From: an uncultured SAR86 cluster bacterium
GTDB taxonomy: Bacteria; Pseudomonadota; Gammaproteobacteria; Magnimaribacterales; AG-339-G14
Direction of reading: 5' to 3'
Length of the DNA stretch: 64,000 nucleotides
Assembly (NCBI GenBank): GCA_902528485.1
Contig: CABZTA010000001.1
Span: 22,955 to 86,954 of the forward strand
Numbering within the stretch: the first letter of the stretch is position 1; every line of letters starts with the position of its first letter. The notes under the pieces were generated by a model. The model made no database searches. It worked only from the letters and a program-made list of their open reading frames with translations, and was not told where the DNA came from. The translations under genes were made by a program, and so were the position numbers. Positions 10,098 to 20,153 of the stretch are shown one piece after another.

Positions 10098-11437
10098 TGT
10101 TAAAAACCCTTTTGCATCTTTTTAATAAGTCGACCATAGCTGCTCCGGTACGCAACCGTAATATGATGGGGTTTGCTGATAAGCAAGCTTTTCTTGATCA
10201 AAGAAAAAATGCCGAAGAAAAAAGAATTGAAGAGAATCGTCCGCATCAAGTTCTATACTTTCATAAAGTAGATGATCCCTATTCTTACTTAACTGCATCG
10301 TATGCAGGAGAAATTTTAAAAAGATTTAATGTTGAATTTACTCCGGTGTTAGTAGGCGATGACGTCTCAGAGACTGTTCATGAGCCAAGCATGTACGACA
10401 TTCATTGTTTGAGCGATGCTAAAAGAATCGGACCTTACTACAATGTTCATTATTCGAAAGATACATACCCAAATAATTCTTTAGTAAAAAAAGCGAATTC
10501 CTTGCTAATTAATACCAATAAAGAACAATTCATCCACAATGCATTAGAACTTGCTGAAGTGATTTGGGGAAATAAAAGTGAATTATCTGGAGATATTTCA
10601 ACAAATGAATTATCAGACACAGAAATTCAAAAAATCCTTAATGAAGGAAATAAGTTGAGAGATAAGGCAGGATATTATTTTGGATCTGCGTTTCATTATG
10701 AGGGAGAAAATTATTGGGGACTCGATAGGCTTAATCACTTAGAGGATAGGCTTACCGAACTTAAATTAAACAAAGAAAATTTTAATGATTATATTATTTC
10801 TCCTGCGTTCAATGCTCCTGAAGATTTTACTTCTGAAAAAAAACTTAATTTACATTTTTTTCCATCACTGAACAGTCCCTATACATTCGTGAGCATCGAT
10901 AGAACGAGAGAATTTGCATCTAAATATAATTTAAATCTCATTACGCGCCCTGTTCTTCCCATGCTGATGAGAGAAATGAAAATACCTTTATATAAAGCTA
11001 AATACATAATTTCCGATGCAGCCAGAGAAGGCAGAAGATATTCACAAGAAATCGATAAAATATATTCTCCTCTAGGTCAACCAGCCAGAAGAGCTTATTC
11101 TCTTTTCCCAATTATCGATTCTTTTGGCAAAGGTTTTGAATATATAGCTTTGTTGATGGATGCTTCCTTTAATCAAGGAATAAATATAGGTGAGATTGAT
11201 AAATTGAAAGTTATAGTTAATAAATTAGACATTAATTGGGATGAGGTGGAATCTGATTTAGATTCAGACGAATGGAAAAAAGTTTTATCTGATAATCTGA
11301 ATGATATGTATTCAGGTAACTGCTGGGGAGTGCCTAGTTATAAATTAACCGACGATGATGACGCAAATCCTTTTTATGTTTGGGGTCAAGATAGAATTTG
11401 GCTTCTTAAAGAAGAAGCTTATAAACGTCTTTCTTAA
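10097..11437 (+). CDS. tandem DsbA-like / 2-hydroxychromene-2-carboxylate isomerase family protein
   Basis: 446 aa. Two repeats of the HCCA-isomerase N-terminal pattern are present (FHKVDDPYSYL and FFPSLNSPYTFV), plus C-terminal WGVPSY...VWGQDRIWLL. Start overlaps the upstream stop (TAATG). Confidence 0.55.
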   Translation: MLKTLLHLFNKSTIAAPVRNRNMMGFADKQAFLDQRKNAEEKRIEENRPHQVLYFHKVDDPYSYLTASYAGEILKRFNVEFTPVLVGDDVSETVHEPSMYDIHCLSDAKRIGPYYNVHYSKDTYPNNSLVKKANSLLINTNKEQFIHNALELAEVIWGNKSELSGDISTNELSDTEIQKILNEGNKLRDKAGYYFGSAFHYEGENYWGLDRLNHLEDRLTELKLNKENFNDYIISPAFNAPEDFTSEKKLNLHFFPSLNSPYTFVSIDRTREFASKYNLNLITRPVLPMLMREMKIPLYKAKYIISDAAREGRRYSQEIDKIYSPLGQPARRAYSLFPIIDSFGKGFEYIALLMDASFNQGINIGEIDKLKVIVNKLDINWDEVESDLDSDEWKKVLSDNLNDMYSGNCWGVPSYKLTDDDDANPFYVWGQDRIWLLKEEAYKRLS

Positions 11438-11441
11438 AGTA

Positions 11442-11579
11442 GTGCCTAAAGAAATCAAAAAGTCTAAGAAAAATCCAGTAGCAAAAAATCTCCATAAATT
11501 TAATAAACCAAAGGTTTTTAAAGATAAAAGTAAATACAATAGAAAAAAAACTATCAAGGAAGATGAATCTGCACAATGA
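11442..11579 (+). CDS. possible small basic protein, ArfA-like (alternative ribosome-rescue factor) motif
   Basis: GTG-initiated 45-aa Lys-rich ORF fills the whole spacer between two genes. KNPVAKNLHKFNKPKVFKDKSKYNRK aligns by eye with E. coli ArfA [29 protein letters not shown]. No Shine-Dalgarno seen. Confidence 0.3.
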   Translation: MPKEIKKSKKNPVAKNLHKFNKPKVFKDKSKYNRKKTIKEDESAQ

Positions 11580-12528
11580 TATTTTAGAAAGCATAGGAAA
11601 CACTCCTATGGTCAAGGTAAACAACATTGATACTGGCAAATGTGACTTGTTGTTAAAGTTAGAGAACCTTAACCCTGGAGGATCAATAAAGGATAGAGTT
11701 GGTAAAAGCATAATAAACTCTGCTGAAGAAAATGGTCTCTTAAAACCTGGTGGAACGATTATTGAATGCACCGCGGGGAATACGGGTTTGGGATTAGCGC
11801 TTCCTGCTATTCTTAAAGGATATAAATTGATTTTAGTTATTCCAGATAAAATGAGTGAAGAAAAATTAGCCCATTTGAGAGCAATGGGAATTGAGATTAT
11901 TCTAACTCGCTCAGATGTTCAAAAAGGAGATCCAGAGTATTACACTGAAGTTGCAGCTAAATTAGTTGAAGATACTCCAAATTCTTTTTTTGCAAATCAG
12001 TTTTCTAATCCTGCAAATCCATATGTTCACGAAACCACAACTGGCCCTGAAATATGGGACCAAACAGATCATAAAATAGATGCATTTGTTGCTGGTGTTG
12101 GGACAGGAGGAACTATCAGTGGAATTGGAAGATTTTTAAAAAGTCAAAATCCGGAAATTGAAATTATTGTTGCTGATCCAGAAGGTTCCGTAGTTGCAGA
12201 TGCTGTAAATGAAGGAGCTTTTGAATATTCTGGGGGACAATGGCTTGTAGAAGGAATAGGCGAGGATTACATTCCAGATAACCTAGATTTAAATGTCATT
12301 GATGAGGGAATTTATGTTTCAGATAAGGATGCGTTTGAAATGGTTAATCTCCTATTAAAAAAGGAAGGTATACTAGCCGGTTCCTCTTGCGGGACTTTAG
12401 TAAAAGCTGCTGTAGATTATTGCAAAAGACAGAAAAGTCATAAAACTGTAGTTTCTTTGATTTGTGATACTGGAAATAAATATTTATCTAAGGCATTTAA
12501 TGAAGATTGGTTGAATGAGAATTTATAA
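11563..12528 (+). CDS. cystathionine beta-synthase / cysteine synthase family PLP enzyme
   Basis: 321 aa with NPGGSIKDR PLP-lysine motif and GTGGTISG loop. No CBS-pair domain. Confidence 0.8.
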   Translation: MNLHNDILESIGNTPMVKVNNIDTGKCDLLLKLENLNPGGSIKDRVGKSIINSAEENGLLKPGGTIIECTAGNTGLGLALPAILKGYKLILVIPDKMSEEKLAHLRAMGIEIILTRSDVQKGDPEYYTEVAAKLVEDTPNSFFANQFSNPANPYVHETTTGPEIWDQTDHKIDAFVAGVGTGGTISGIGRFLKSQNPEIEIIVADPEGSVVADAVNEGAFEYSGGQWLVEGIGEDYIPDNLDLNVIDEGIYVSDKDAFEMVNLLLKKEGILAGSSCGTLVKAAVDYCKRQKSHKTVVSLICDTGNKYLSKAFNEDWLNENL

Positions 12529-13688
12529 TGAAAAATAAAGATTTAGATTTTGAGACAAAAGCCATTCATGTTGGACAGGATCCTGATCCGGTAACTGGAG
12601 CAGTGATACCCCCGATTTATACCACCTCTACTTATGCTCAGGAGAGCCCAGGAGAACATAAAGGATATGATTACTCTCGAACATCCAATCCAACTCGTCA
12701 TGCCTTTGAGGTTTGTGTTGCCAGCTTAGAAGAAGGAGAAAAGGCCCATGCCTTCTCTTCTGGTGTTGCTGCAATTTCAGCCTGTGTGGAATTATTACAA
12801 CCCGGTGATCATATCATTGCAATGGATGATCTTTACGGCGGAACGGTAAGACTCTTCAATGAAATTAAAAGTATTTCTCAGGGTGTCGAAATTTCTTATG
12901 TTGATATGTCGAAGGATGAAAATATAGAAGCGTCGATTAAGCCTAATACAAAAATGCTTTTTGCAGAGACTCCCACTAATCCTCTTCTAAAAGTAATAGA
13001 TCTTGAAAAGCTAGCTGACTTGGCAAGTTCTAAAAATATCATAACTGTCGCTGATAATACTTTTTGCTCGCCCTACATACAAAGACCTCTCACAAAAGGT
13101 TTCGATTATGTTATTCACTCGGCAACAAAATACTTATGCGGCCATTCAGATGTGATCATGGGTGTTTTGGTGATGAAAGATGCTGAAACAGATAATTCAA
13201 AAAGAATTTCAAATATTCATAACTCCTTAGGTCCTATAAGCAGTCCTTTTGATAGTTATTTAGCTTTAAGAAGTCTTAAAACTCTTGCCCTTAGAATGGA
13301 AAGACATTCTGAAAATGCTAAAAAAATTGCAGAATTTCTAGATTCCCATCCTAAAATTTCGAAAGTTATTTATCCTGGATTAGAAAGTCATCCTCAGCAT
13401 TCTGTTGCAAAAAAACAGATGGATTTTTTCGGTGGCATGATTTCTGCAGAGATTAAAGATGGATTGATAGCTTCAAAAAACTTCTTAGAAAAGACATCTC
13501 TTTTTACCCTTGCTGAAAGCCTCGGCGGAGTTGAGAGTTTAATTGAACACCCTGCCCTGATGACCCATGCATCGATATCAAAAGAAATAAGAGATCAGAT
13601 AGGTATTACCGATGGACTGGTTAGATTATCAGTTGGGATAGAATCAGCAGATGATCTAATAAACGATTTAGATAGAGCTTTAAATTAA
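12528..13688 (+). CDS. cystathionine gamma-lyase/gamma-synthase family (Cys/Met-metabolism PLP enzyme)
   Basis: 386 aa with HSATKYLCGHSD PLP-lysine motif and C-terminal RLSVGIE. Start overlaps the upstream stop. Confidence 0.8.
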   Translation: MKNKDLDFETKAIHVGQDPDPVTGAVIPPIYTTSTYAQESPGEHKGYDYSRTSNPTRHAFEVCVASLEEGEKAHAFSSGVAAISACVELLQPGDHIIAMDDLYGGTVRLFNEIKSISQGVEISYVDMSKDENIEASIKPNTKMLFAETPTNPLLKVIDLEKLADLASSKNIITVADNTFCSPYIQRPLTKGFDYVIHSATKYLCGHSDVIMGVLVMKDAETDNSKRISNIHNSLGPISSPFDSYLALRSLKTLALRMERHSENAKKIAEFLDSHPKISKVIYPGLESHPQHSVAKKQMDFFGGMISAEIKDGLIASKNFLEKTSLFTLAESLGGVESLIEHPALMTHASISKEIRDQIGITDGLVRLSVGIESADDLINDLDRALN

Positions 13689-14542
13689 TCAAAGACAACA
13701 GTTTTTTTACCGTTTATAAAAACCTTCCCTTCCAAATGCTTTTTCACAGCTCTTGTTAGGGTTATGGACTCAATATCCTGACCTATAAGTTCAAGTTCAT
13801 CTGGATGCTGGGAATGATCTACTCTCTCGACAGTTTGTTCAATAATTGGGCCAGCATCTAGTTCTTCCGTAATGTAATGTGCAGTTGCGCCCATTATTTT
13901 TACTCCCTTTTCGTAAGCTTGTTTGTAGGGTTTTGCTCCTTTGAAGCTTGGTAAAAAAGAGTGATGAATATTAATTACTTTACCTGAATGCTTAGAGCAG
14001 AAATTAGCAGAAAAAATCTGCATATATCTAGCCAAAATCATTAAATCAATTTTCTTACTACGAATTAACTCCTCAATTTGATCTTCAGCCTCTTTTCTAA
14101 TTTGTGAATTATTTGGAATGAAAAAAAAAGGAACTGAGTAATTACTTGCTATGGATTTCATATCTTCATGATTAGAAACAATCCCACACAAATTCATTCT
14201 CAATGAATTAATGCTGTTCTTATAAAGTAAATCTTGTAAGCAATGGCCGTATTTTGATACAAAAATTAAAGTATTTGGCGATTTTGATTCTTTTTCCAAA
14301 GTCCACTCCATTCTCAGATCACTGCATGCGTTGTTAAAAGCATCTGAAAAAACTGAGGATTTAATTTCCCCTTCACTCGAGAAAATTTTTAATCTCATAA
14401 AGTAATTTTTTGTATCTGGATCACTAAAAAAAGAGGAGTCCATAATAAAGATATTCATATCATTCAGAGATGACGAAACTTTAGCAACAATGCCATAAGC
14501 ATCGGGGCATTTAATTCTTAATATATACGTAATATCTTTCAT
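13685..14542 (-). CDS. purU: formyltetrahydrofolate deformylase
   Basis: 285 aa with N-terminal ACT-like domain plus formyltransferase core (INIHHSFLPSFKGAKPY, HYITEELDAGPII). Confidence 0.9.
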   Translation of the reverse strand: MKDITYILRIKCPDAYGIVAKVSSSLNDMNIFIMDSSFFSDPDTKNYFMRLKIFSSEGEIKSSVFSDAFNNACSDLRMEWTLEKESKSPNTLIFVSKYGHCLQDLLYKNSINSLRMNLCGIVSNHEDMKSIASNYSVPFFFIPNNSQIRKEAEDQIEELIRSKKIDLMILARYMQIFSANFCSKHSGKVINIHHSFLPSFKGAKPYKQAYEKGVKIMGATAHYITEELDAGPIIEQTVERVDHSQHPDELELIGQDIESITLTRAVKKHLEGKVFINGKKTVVFD

Positions 14543-14632
14543 TGCTTTTGCAGTCGCATAATATAAAGCAAAAATAATACAAATAAAGGTTAAATCTAAT
14601 TAGAATATTAATTATAGAAAAAGGAGTTTTAT

Positions 14633-15829
14633 ATGAATCTTGAATATGGACCAGAATATGATGATTTTAGAGATGAAGTTATAAATTTTTGTAAGGAATA
14701 CAAAGGTATTTCTTTCGATAGCTCATCCGGCAAAGAAAGTATCTCAAGATCCGATTGGCAAAAAGTACTAATAGATAAAGGCTTTATTGCTAGAGCTATC
14801 CCAGAAGAATACGGAGGCTTTGGAGGCGAAACGGACATAATTAAAAGCAGAATTATTGCAACTGAATTTTCAAAAGCAAAAATTCCAGGCGGTATGGGTG
14901 GTCAAGGAATAGATATGTTAGTTCCTACCCTTTTAGAATGGGGTACCGAAGAACAGAAACAACAGTATATTCAACCTACCTTGCATGGGGAGATGATTTG
15001 GTGTCAGGGATATTCTGAACCTAACGCTGGTTCAGACTTAGCTAGCTTGCAAACCAAAGGTGAACTTAAAGACGGAAATTGGGTAATAAATGGACAAAAA
15101 ATTTGGACTAGCACGGCACAATACTCACAAATGATGTTTTGCTTAGTAAGAACTGAACCTCAGGCTCCAAAGCATTCAGGCATAAGCTTTATATTAATTC
15201 CTATGGATACTCCTGGAATTGAGATCAGGCCATTAGTAGATATGACCCTTGATGCTGGATTCAATGAAGTTTTTTTCACTGACGTTACAGTTCCCGAAGA
15301 GAATATCGTAGGTAAGAGAGGAGACGGTTGGTCAGTTGCAAATTCTGTTTTAGGGCATGAACGAGGATCTTTAGCCGATCCTAATGCAACAATGAATAGA
15401 TTGAATACCCTGATCAACATGATGAAAGAAGAGACTATTGATGGAAGAAGATTGATAGATATTCCTTCATATAGAGATCGTCTGATGCAAGTGCAAGGTA
15501 AAGTTATGGCTAGTCAGGCTCACTCCTTAAGACTACTCTCCTCAAAAATTAATCCTGGTCAAAATGTAAAATTAGGAGGAATGATACAAAAATTAGTTGG
15601 TACAGAGCTCAGACATGAATTAGAAGGTCTTGCAATTGATGTGCTTGGTGAAATTGGAACCTTGTATGAGGAAACGCCGAGATTGAAAGAGAATGGATCA
15701 TTTCAATTTACTTACATGTATTTTCTTGGTCTTATAATTGGAGGAGGTACAAACCAAATACAAAAAAATATTATTTCTGAAAGAGGCCTAGGAATGCCCA
15801 AGGAACCAAAAGTGCAAGAGGCTTCATAA
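14633..15829 (+). CDS. acyl-CoA dehydrogenase (probable FAD-binding subunit)
   Basis: 398 aa with GYSEPNAGSDLASLQT and INGQKIWTS motifs. Confidence 0.85.
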   Translation: MNLEYGPEYDDFRDEVINFCKEYKGISFDSSSGKESISRSDWQKVLIDKGFIARAIPEEYGGFGGETDIIKSRIIATEFSKAKIPGGMGGQGIDMLVPTLLEWGTEEQKQQYIQPTLHGEMIWCQGYSEPNAGSDLASLQTKGELKDGNWVINGQKIWTSTAQYSQMMFCLVRTEPQAPKHSGISFILIPMDTPGIEIRPLVDMTLDAGFNEVFFTDVTVPEENIVGKRGDGWSVANSVLGHERGSLADPNATMNRLNTLINMMKEETIDGRRLIDIPSYRDRLMQVQGKVMASQAHSLRLLSSKINPGQNVKLGGMIQKLVGTELRHELEGLAIDVLGEIGTLYEETPRLKENGSFQFTYMYFLGLIIGGGTNQIQKNIISERGLGMPKEPKVQEAS

Positions 15830-16923
15830 TGTATTTCGGACTATCTGAGGAACAAACTCAGTTCCAAGATTACGTAAAGAAATATCTATCAGATAACGTA
15901 TCTGTCGATGAAATTCGAAAAATAGCCAATGGCGATGACAGTAAACTTCATGATGATATCAAGTCAGGCTTAATGAATCTTGGGTTAAGCGGTTTGTTGG
16001 TTCCTGAAAATTATGGCGGCCTGGGTGGAGATCTATTATCTGCTGTATCAATAGCACAAGGATTGGGGGCTGGGGTAGGACCTATATCTTTTGCAGGATC
16101 TTACGTTATGGCTCCCATTGCCCTTAGCTTAGGTGGCAGTGATGCTCAAAAAGATAAATACCTTTCAAAAGTTGCTTCAAATGAAATTAAATTTGGTGTT
16201 GGACTAAGTGAATACGTCGCAGCAAGAGAAGATTCGGGCATAGAATTGAACAAAGATATAGCATCAGGTAAAGCACTTTTTGTAATAGATGGAGACGGAG
16301 CAGATTTCTTTATTCTGTCGGATAAAGGTGGAACTATGTTTATCGTTGATAAAAATGCAGAAGGACTTGAAATAATTCAGCTAACCACCGTTGATAAAAC
16401 CAGATTATATTTAGAGCTTAATCTTAAAAATGTAAAGGCTGAGGTTCTTCAAGAAACTATAAACAATCCTATTGTGATTCAAAAGGTAATAGATTCAGGC
16501 AGAATAATACTATCAGCAGACTCACTTGGAGCCTCTGAAACAATGATTGAGAAAGCAGTTTCCTATGCAAAAGAAAGAAAACAATTCAATCGTGTAATAG
16601 GATCGTTTCAAGCTGTAAAACATATGTGTGCAGAGATGGCAGCAGATTTAGAACCATGTTACGCAATGCTTTGGCAAGCAGCTCATTCTTTTGATCATGA
16701 TCCGGATGAGTCTCGCTTGCAGGCTTGTCAGGCCAAATCTCATATTGCCGAGGTAGCAAAAATGGTTTCAAAAAAGGCAACAGAGGTTCATGGAGGTATG
16801 GGATTTACTGATCTCTTAGGTTTGCATTATTGGTTTAAGAGAATTGGAGTGAACAGACAAATTCTTGGCGGTCCAGAACTTGTTCGAGAAGAAGCTGCAG
16901 AATTACAAGGCTTTAATCAGTAA
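15829..16923 (+). CDS. acyl-CoA dehydrogenase family protein (degenerate, possible partner subunit)
   Basis: 364 aa with ACAD C-terminal region (ERKQFNRVIGSFQAVKH, EVHGGMGFT). The xEPxxGSD motif is degenerate. Start overlaps the upstream stop. Confidence 0.75.
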   Translation: MYFGLSEEQTQFQDYVKKYLSDNVSVDEIRKIANGDDSKLHDDIKSGLMNLGLSGLLVPENYGGLGGDLLSAVSIAQGLGAGVGPISFAGSYVMAPIALSLGGSDAQKDKYLSKVASNEIKFGVGLSEYVAAREDSGIELNKDIASGKALFVIDGDGADFFILSDKGGTMFIVDKNAEGLEIIQLTTVDKTRLYLELNLKNVKAEVLQETINNPIVIQKVIDSGRIILSADSLGASETMIEKAVSYAKERKQFNRVIGSFQAVKHMCAEMAADLEPCYAMLWQAAHSFDHDPDESRLQACQAKSHIAEVAKMVSKKATEVHGGMGFTDLLGLHYWFKRIGVNRQILGGPELVREEAAELQGFNQ

Positions 16924-16926
16924 TAA

Positions 16927-17931
16927 TCAGATTGAATAAGCCTGTTTAGCGCAATCGTAAAATAAGCTGCTTTTTTCATCTTCGCTAAAATTTTCTGATA
17001 TTTTCTTGAAAAAATTCCATAAGACATGATAAGAAATAGATTGCTTGTCGACCGGGAAATTGCTTTCAAACATACACCTTGATGGTTCAAAAGATTCTAA
17101 ACACTCTAAGTAGTAACGTCTTTGTTTATCTATCATTTGGTCCGATGTTGCTGGCGTTTCTTGCTCATGAAATTTAAAACCATTTACAGGCATAGCGAGG
17201 CCGCCGAGCTTTGCTAAAACATTAGGTCTTTTGGAAAGCTCTCTGATGTCCTTTCGCCATATTTTAAAAATATCATCTTGCTTATCCTCGTAAGGTCCTA
17301 TTCCTATCGGTCCGCTAAAATGATTGAGAATGATTGTAAGATTTTCATTTCTATCTGCAATTTCTGCAACCTGATTAATCTGATGATGATACTGCCACGC
17401 TTCAAAAACTAGACCTTTTTCGCCCAGAATCTTCAGAGACTGATTAAAAATATCACTTAAGTACATATCTTTTGGTGGACTATGGTGAGAATTTCTCATA
17501 TTTTCATGCGGATCCCAACCGCCTGCATGACGTATACCTTTGAACAAAGATTCTCCGTGAAGAAAATGTAAATCTAAAACTTCGTTAATACCCTCTCCCA
17601 ACGTCATATCAACGTGAGAGACTATTCCAGAGATTTGTGATTTGGATGGTATTTTTTTTGCCTCATCAGCAATTTTTTTTACAAAAATTGTTTCCCCAAT
17701 AGGTTTTAAATGATCGGGTCCAGAAGTAAGAAATTCTTGAGTGCACTCAATGAATACTGTGTGCTTTATATTGTGTCCTGATGAAGTATCTGCCCAAAGA
17801 TCTTCCAATAAATACTTGGTTTCTCCAGGCCATAAATGATGATGAGGATCTATAATTGGCCTTTCAGCATCAATAATCTCTTCTGAATGTTGATTCAGCC
17901 ATTCCAAATGGCGATCAAGCGGATTGCTCAT
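16927..17931 (-). CDS. amidohydrolase-2 family metal-dependent hydrolase
   Basis: 334 aa with IIDPHHHLW HxH metal motif, TIM-barrel hydrolase-like. Confidence 0.7.
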   Translation of the reverse strand: MSNPLDRHLEWLNQHSEEIIDAERPIIDPHHHLWPGETKYLLEDLWADTSSGHNIKHTVFIECTQEFLTSGPDHLKPIGETIFVKKIADEAKKIPSKSQISGIVSHVDMTLGEGINEVLDLHFLHGESLFKGIRHAGGWDPHENMRNSHHSPPKDMYLSDIFNQSLKILGEKGLVFEAWQYHHQINQVAEIADRNENLTIILNHFSGPIGIGPYEDKQDDIFKIWRKDIRELSKRPNVLAKLGGLAMPVNGFKFHEQETPATSDQMIDKQRRYYLECLESFEPSRCMFESNFPVDKQSISYHVLWNFFKKISENFSEDEKSSLFYDCAKQAYSI

Positions 17932-20090
17932 TAACTAGTCAAAAACTCTTGCCTTTTTTCATGAAGGATAGGTTCTGTATATCCACTGGGCTGAATTCTT
18001 CCTTTGATTACTAGGTCGCATGCTGCTTTAAAGGCCACTCCATCAAAACTAGGTGCCATGTTTACATATTCTGAGTCACCTGCATTTTGCTCATCAACTA
18101 CTAGCGCCATTTTCTTCATAGTCTCTAGAACTTGTTCTTCTGAACATAGTCCGTGATGAAGCCAATTTGCCATGTGTTGGCTCGATATTCTACAAGTCGC
18201 TCTATCCTCCATAAGACCTATGTTATTGATGTCAGGGACTTTAGAGCATCCAATACCTTGATCAATCCATCTAACGACATAACCTAAAATTCCTTGAGCA
18301 TTATTATCTAATTCAGCTTGAATTTCCTCAGCTGAAAGTAATGATGCATCCTTTAATAGTGGAATCGTTAAAATATCATCAAGACTTGCCCTGTTTCTTT
18401 TTAATAGATCTGATTGTTCTGAGGAGACACTTATTTGATGATAATGCATCGCATGCAAGGTAGCTGCTGTAGGAGAAGGCACCCATGCACAATTCGCTCC
18501 TGCTTTTGGATGCATGGTTTTAGTATTGAACATATCTAACATCATGTCAGGCATAGGCCACATTCCTTTTCCGATTTGCGCTTTTCCTTTAAATCCAGAA
18601 GCTAAACCATTGTCTACATTCCAGTCTTCATAAGATAAGATCCATGGTTGCTGCTTCATTTCTGCTTTTCTTATCATCGGACCAGCTTCCATGCTTGTGT
18701 GTATCTCATCACCAGTTCTATCTAAAAACCCGGTATTAATAAAAATAACTCTTTCTTTTGCAACTCTAATGCATTCTCTTAAATTAACCGTTGTTCTCCT
18801 CTCTTCATCCATTATCCCTACCTTCGCGGTATTTTTTTCTAACCCAAGAGCGTTCTCAACGTCAGAAAAGAGATCACATGTGAATTGAACTTCATCGGGG
18901 CCGTGCATCTTTGGTTTTACGATATATATGCTACCTGTCTTAGAATTTTGAACAGAACCAGTTTGATCTATATCGTGTTTTCCTATGGCGATTGTAAACA
19001 TTGCATCAATTATTCCTTCTGGTATTTCTTTGCCATCAAGGAGAATCGCTGGATTAGTCATCAAGTGGCCAACGTTTCTAACAAGCATTAGACTTCTAGC
19101 GGAAAGCTGCATAGTTTTTCCATCGGGAGAAAAAAAGGATAAATCTTCATTTAAACTTCGTGTAAGAGTTGAGCCGCTTTTTTCAAAAGTCTCTGCTAGA
19201 TTTCCTTTCATTAAACCAAGCCAATTTTTATAGGCATCAGCTTTATCGTCACCATTTACTGCGGCTACTGAATCTTCAAGATCTTGAATAGTAGTTACCG
19301 CAGATTCTAGAAAAACATCTTTTATGCCAGCAGGATCTGTAGAACCAACTGAATCATTTCTGTCAATTTTAATTTCTACATGTAAGTCATTATTTTTCAA
19401 AAGAATACTTTCGGGATTTGTTTCATCACCCTTAAAACCTACAAATGCTGAATCATTTTTTAGAGAAGTTTTGGATTGATCAGATAAAGAAATTTCTAGA
19501 CTTCCATTTGATATTTGAAATGAAACAACATCTTGATATTTCCCTTCAGCTAATGGCAAGTAGTCGTTGAGAAAATTTTTTGAAAAATCGATGACTTTAT
19601 CACCTCTGATGGGGTTATAGGCGCCTCCTCTGTCGGCTCCACCATCTTCAGAAATCATATCTGTTCCGTAAAGGGCATCATACAAACTGCCCCATCTTGC
19701 ATTTGCAGCATTCAAAGAAAATCGTGCATTCATAACAGGAACTACTAGTTGCGGACCTGCTATTTCAGCTATTTCTGCATCTACATTAGCCGTAGAAATT
19801 TCAAAATCAGGACCTTCATCTACCAAATAGCCTATTTCCTTTAAAAAAGATTTATAAGCATCAAAATCAAAATCTTTATTAGCCAAATGCCATTCATCAA
19901 TTTTAGTTTGTAGTTCTTTTCTTTTTTCTAGTAGCTCCTCATTAATAGGGATATATTTCTCTGCAATTCTTTCAAAATCTTGCCAAAATTTTGTCGTATC
20001 CAAATTTAGATCAGGAGCAATTTCTTGCTCTAATAATGCATGCAATGAAGTGCTTATGCTTAATTTACCCACGTTAACTCTTTCAGTCAT
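17931..20090 (-). CDS. glcB: malate synthase G
   Basis: 719 aa, the length and sequence typical of MSG ([47 protein letters not shown]). Confidence 0.92.
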   Translation of the reverse strand: MTERVNVGKLSISTSLHALLEQEIAPDLNLDTTKFWQDFERIAEKYIPINEELLEKRKELQTKIDEWHLANKDFDFDAYKSFLKEIGYLVDEGPDFEISTANVDAEIAEIAGPQLVVPVMNARFSLNAANARWGSLYDALYGTDMISEDGGADRGGAYNPIRGDKVIDFSKNFLNDYLPLAEGKYQDVVSFQISNGSLEISLSDQSKTSLKNDSAFVGFKGDETNPESILLKNNDLHVEIKIDRNDSVGSTDPAGIKDVFLESAVTTIQDLEDSVAAVNGDDKADAYKNWLGLMKGNLAETFEKSGSTLTRSLNEDLSFFSPDGKTMQLSARSLMLVRNVGHLMTNPAILLDGKEIPEGIIDAMFTIAIGKHDIDQTGSVQNSKTGSIYIVKPKMHGPDEVQFTCDLFSDVENALGLEKNTAKVGIMDEERRTTVNLRECIRVAKERVIFINTGFLDRTGDEIHTSMEAGPMIRKAEMKQQPWILSYEDWNVDNGLASGFKGKAQIGKGMWPMPDMMLDMFNTKTMHPKAGANCAWVPSPTAATLHAMHYHQISVSSEQSDLLKRNRASLDDILTIPLLKDASLLSAEEIQAELDNNAQGILGYVVRWIDQGIGCSKVPDINNIGLMEDRATCRISSQHMANWLHHGLCSEEQVLETMKKMALVVDEQNAGDSEYVNMAPSFDGVAFKAACDLVIKGRIQPSGYTEPILHEKRQEFLTS

Positions 20091-20153
20091 ATGCTCCTCT
20101 TTTTTTAATAGAAAAATTTCAGATTGTATTTTTTTACAATAAAATGTGCCTGT

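Noticed and set aside
11355-11771. Long form of the Lys-rich ORF starting at 11355, and the 121-aa antisense ORF 11406..11771
   Set aside because: The first 29 codons of the long form overlap the end of the DsbA-like gene in another frame. Only the part from the GTG at 11442 is free-standing. The antisense ORF lies over the CBS-like gene start and has no motifs.
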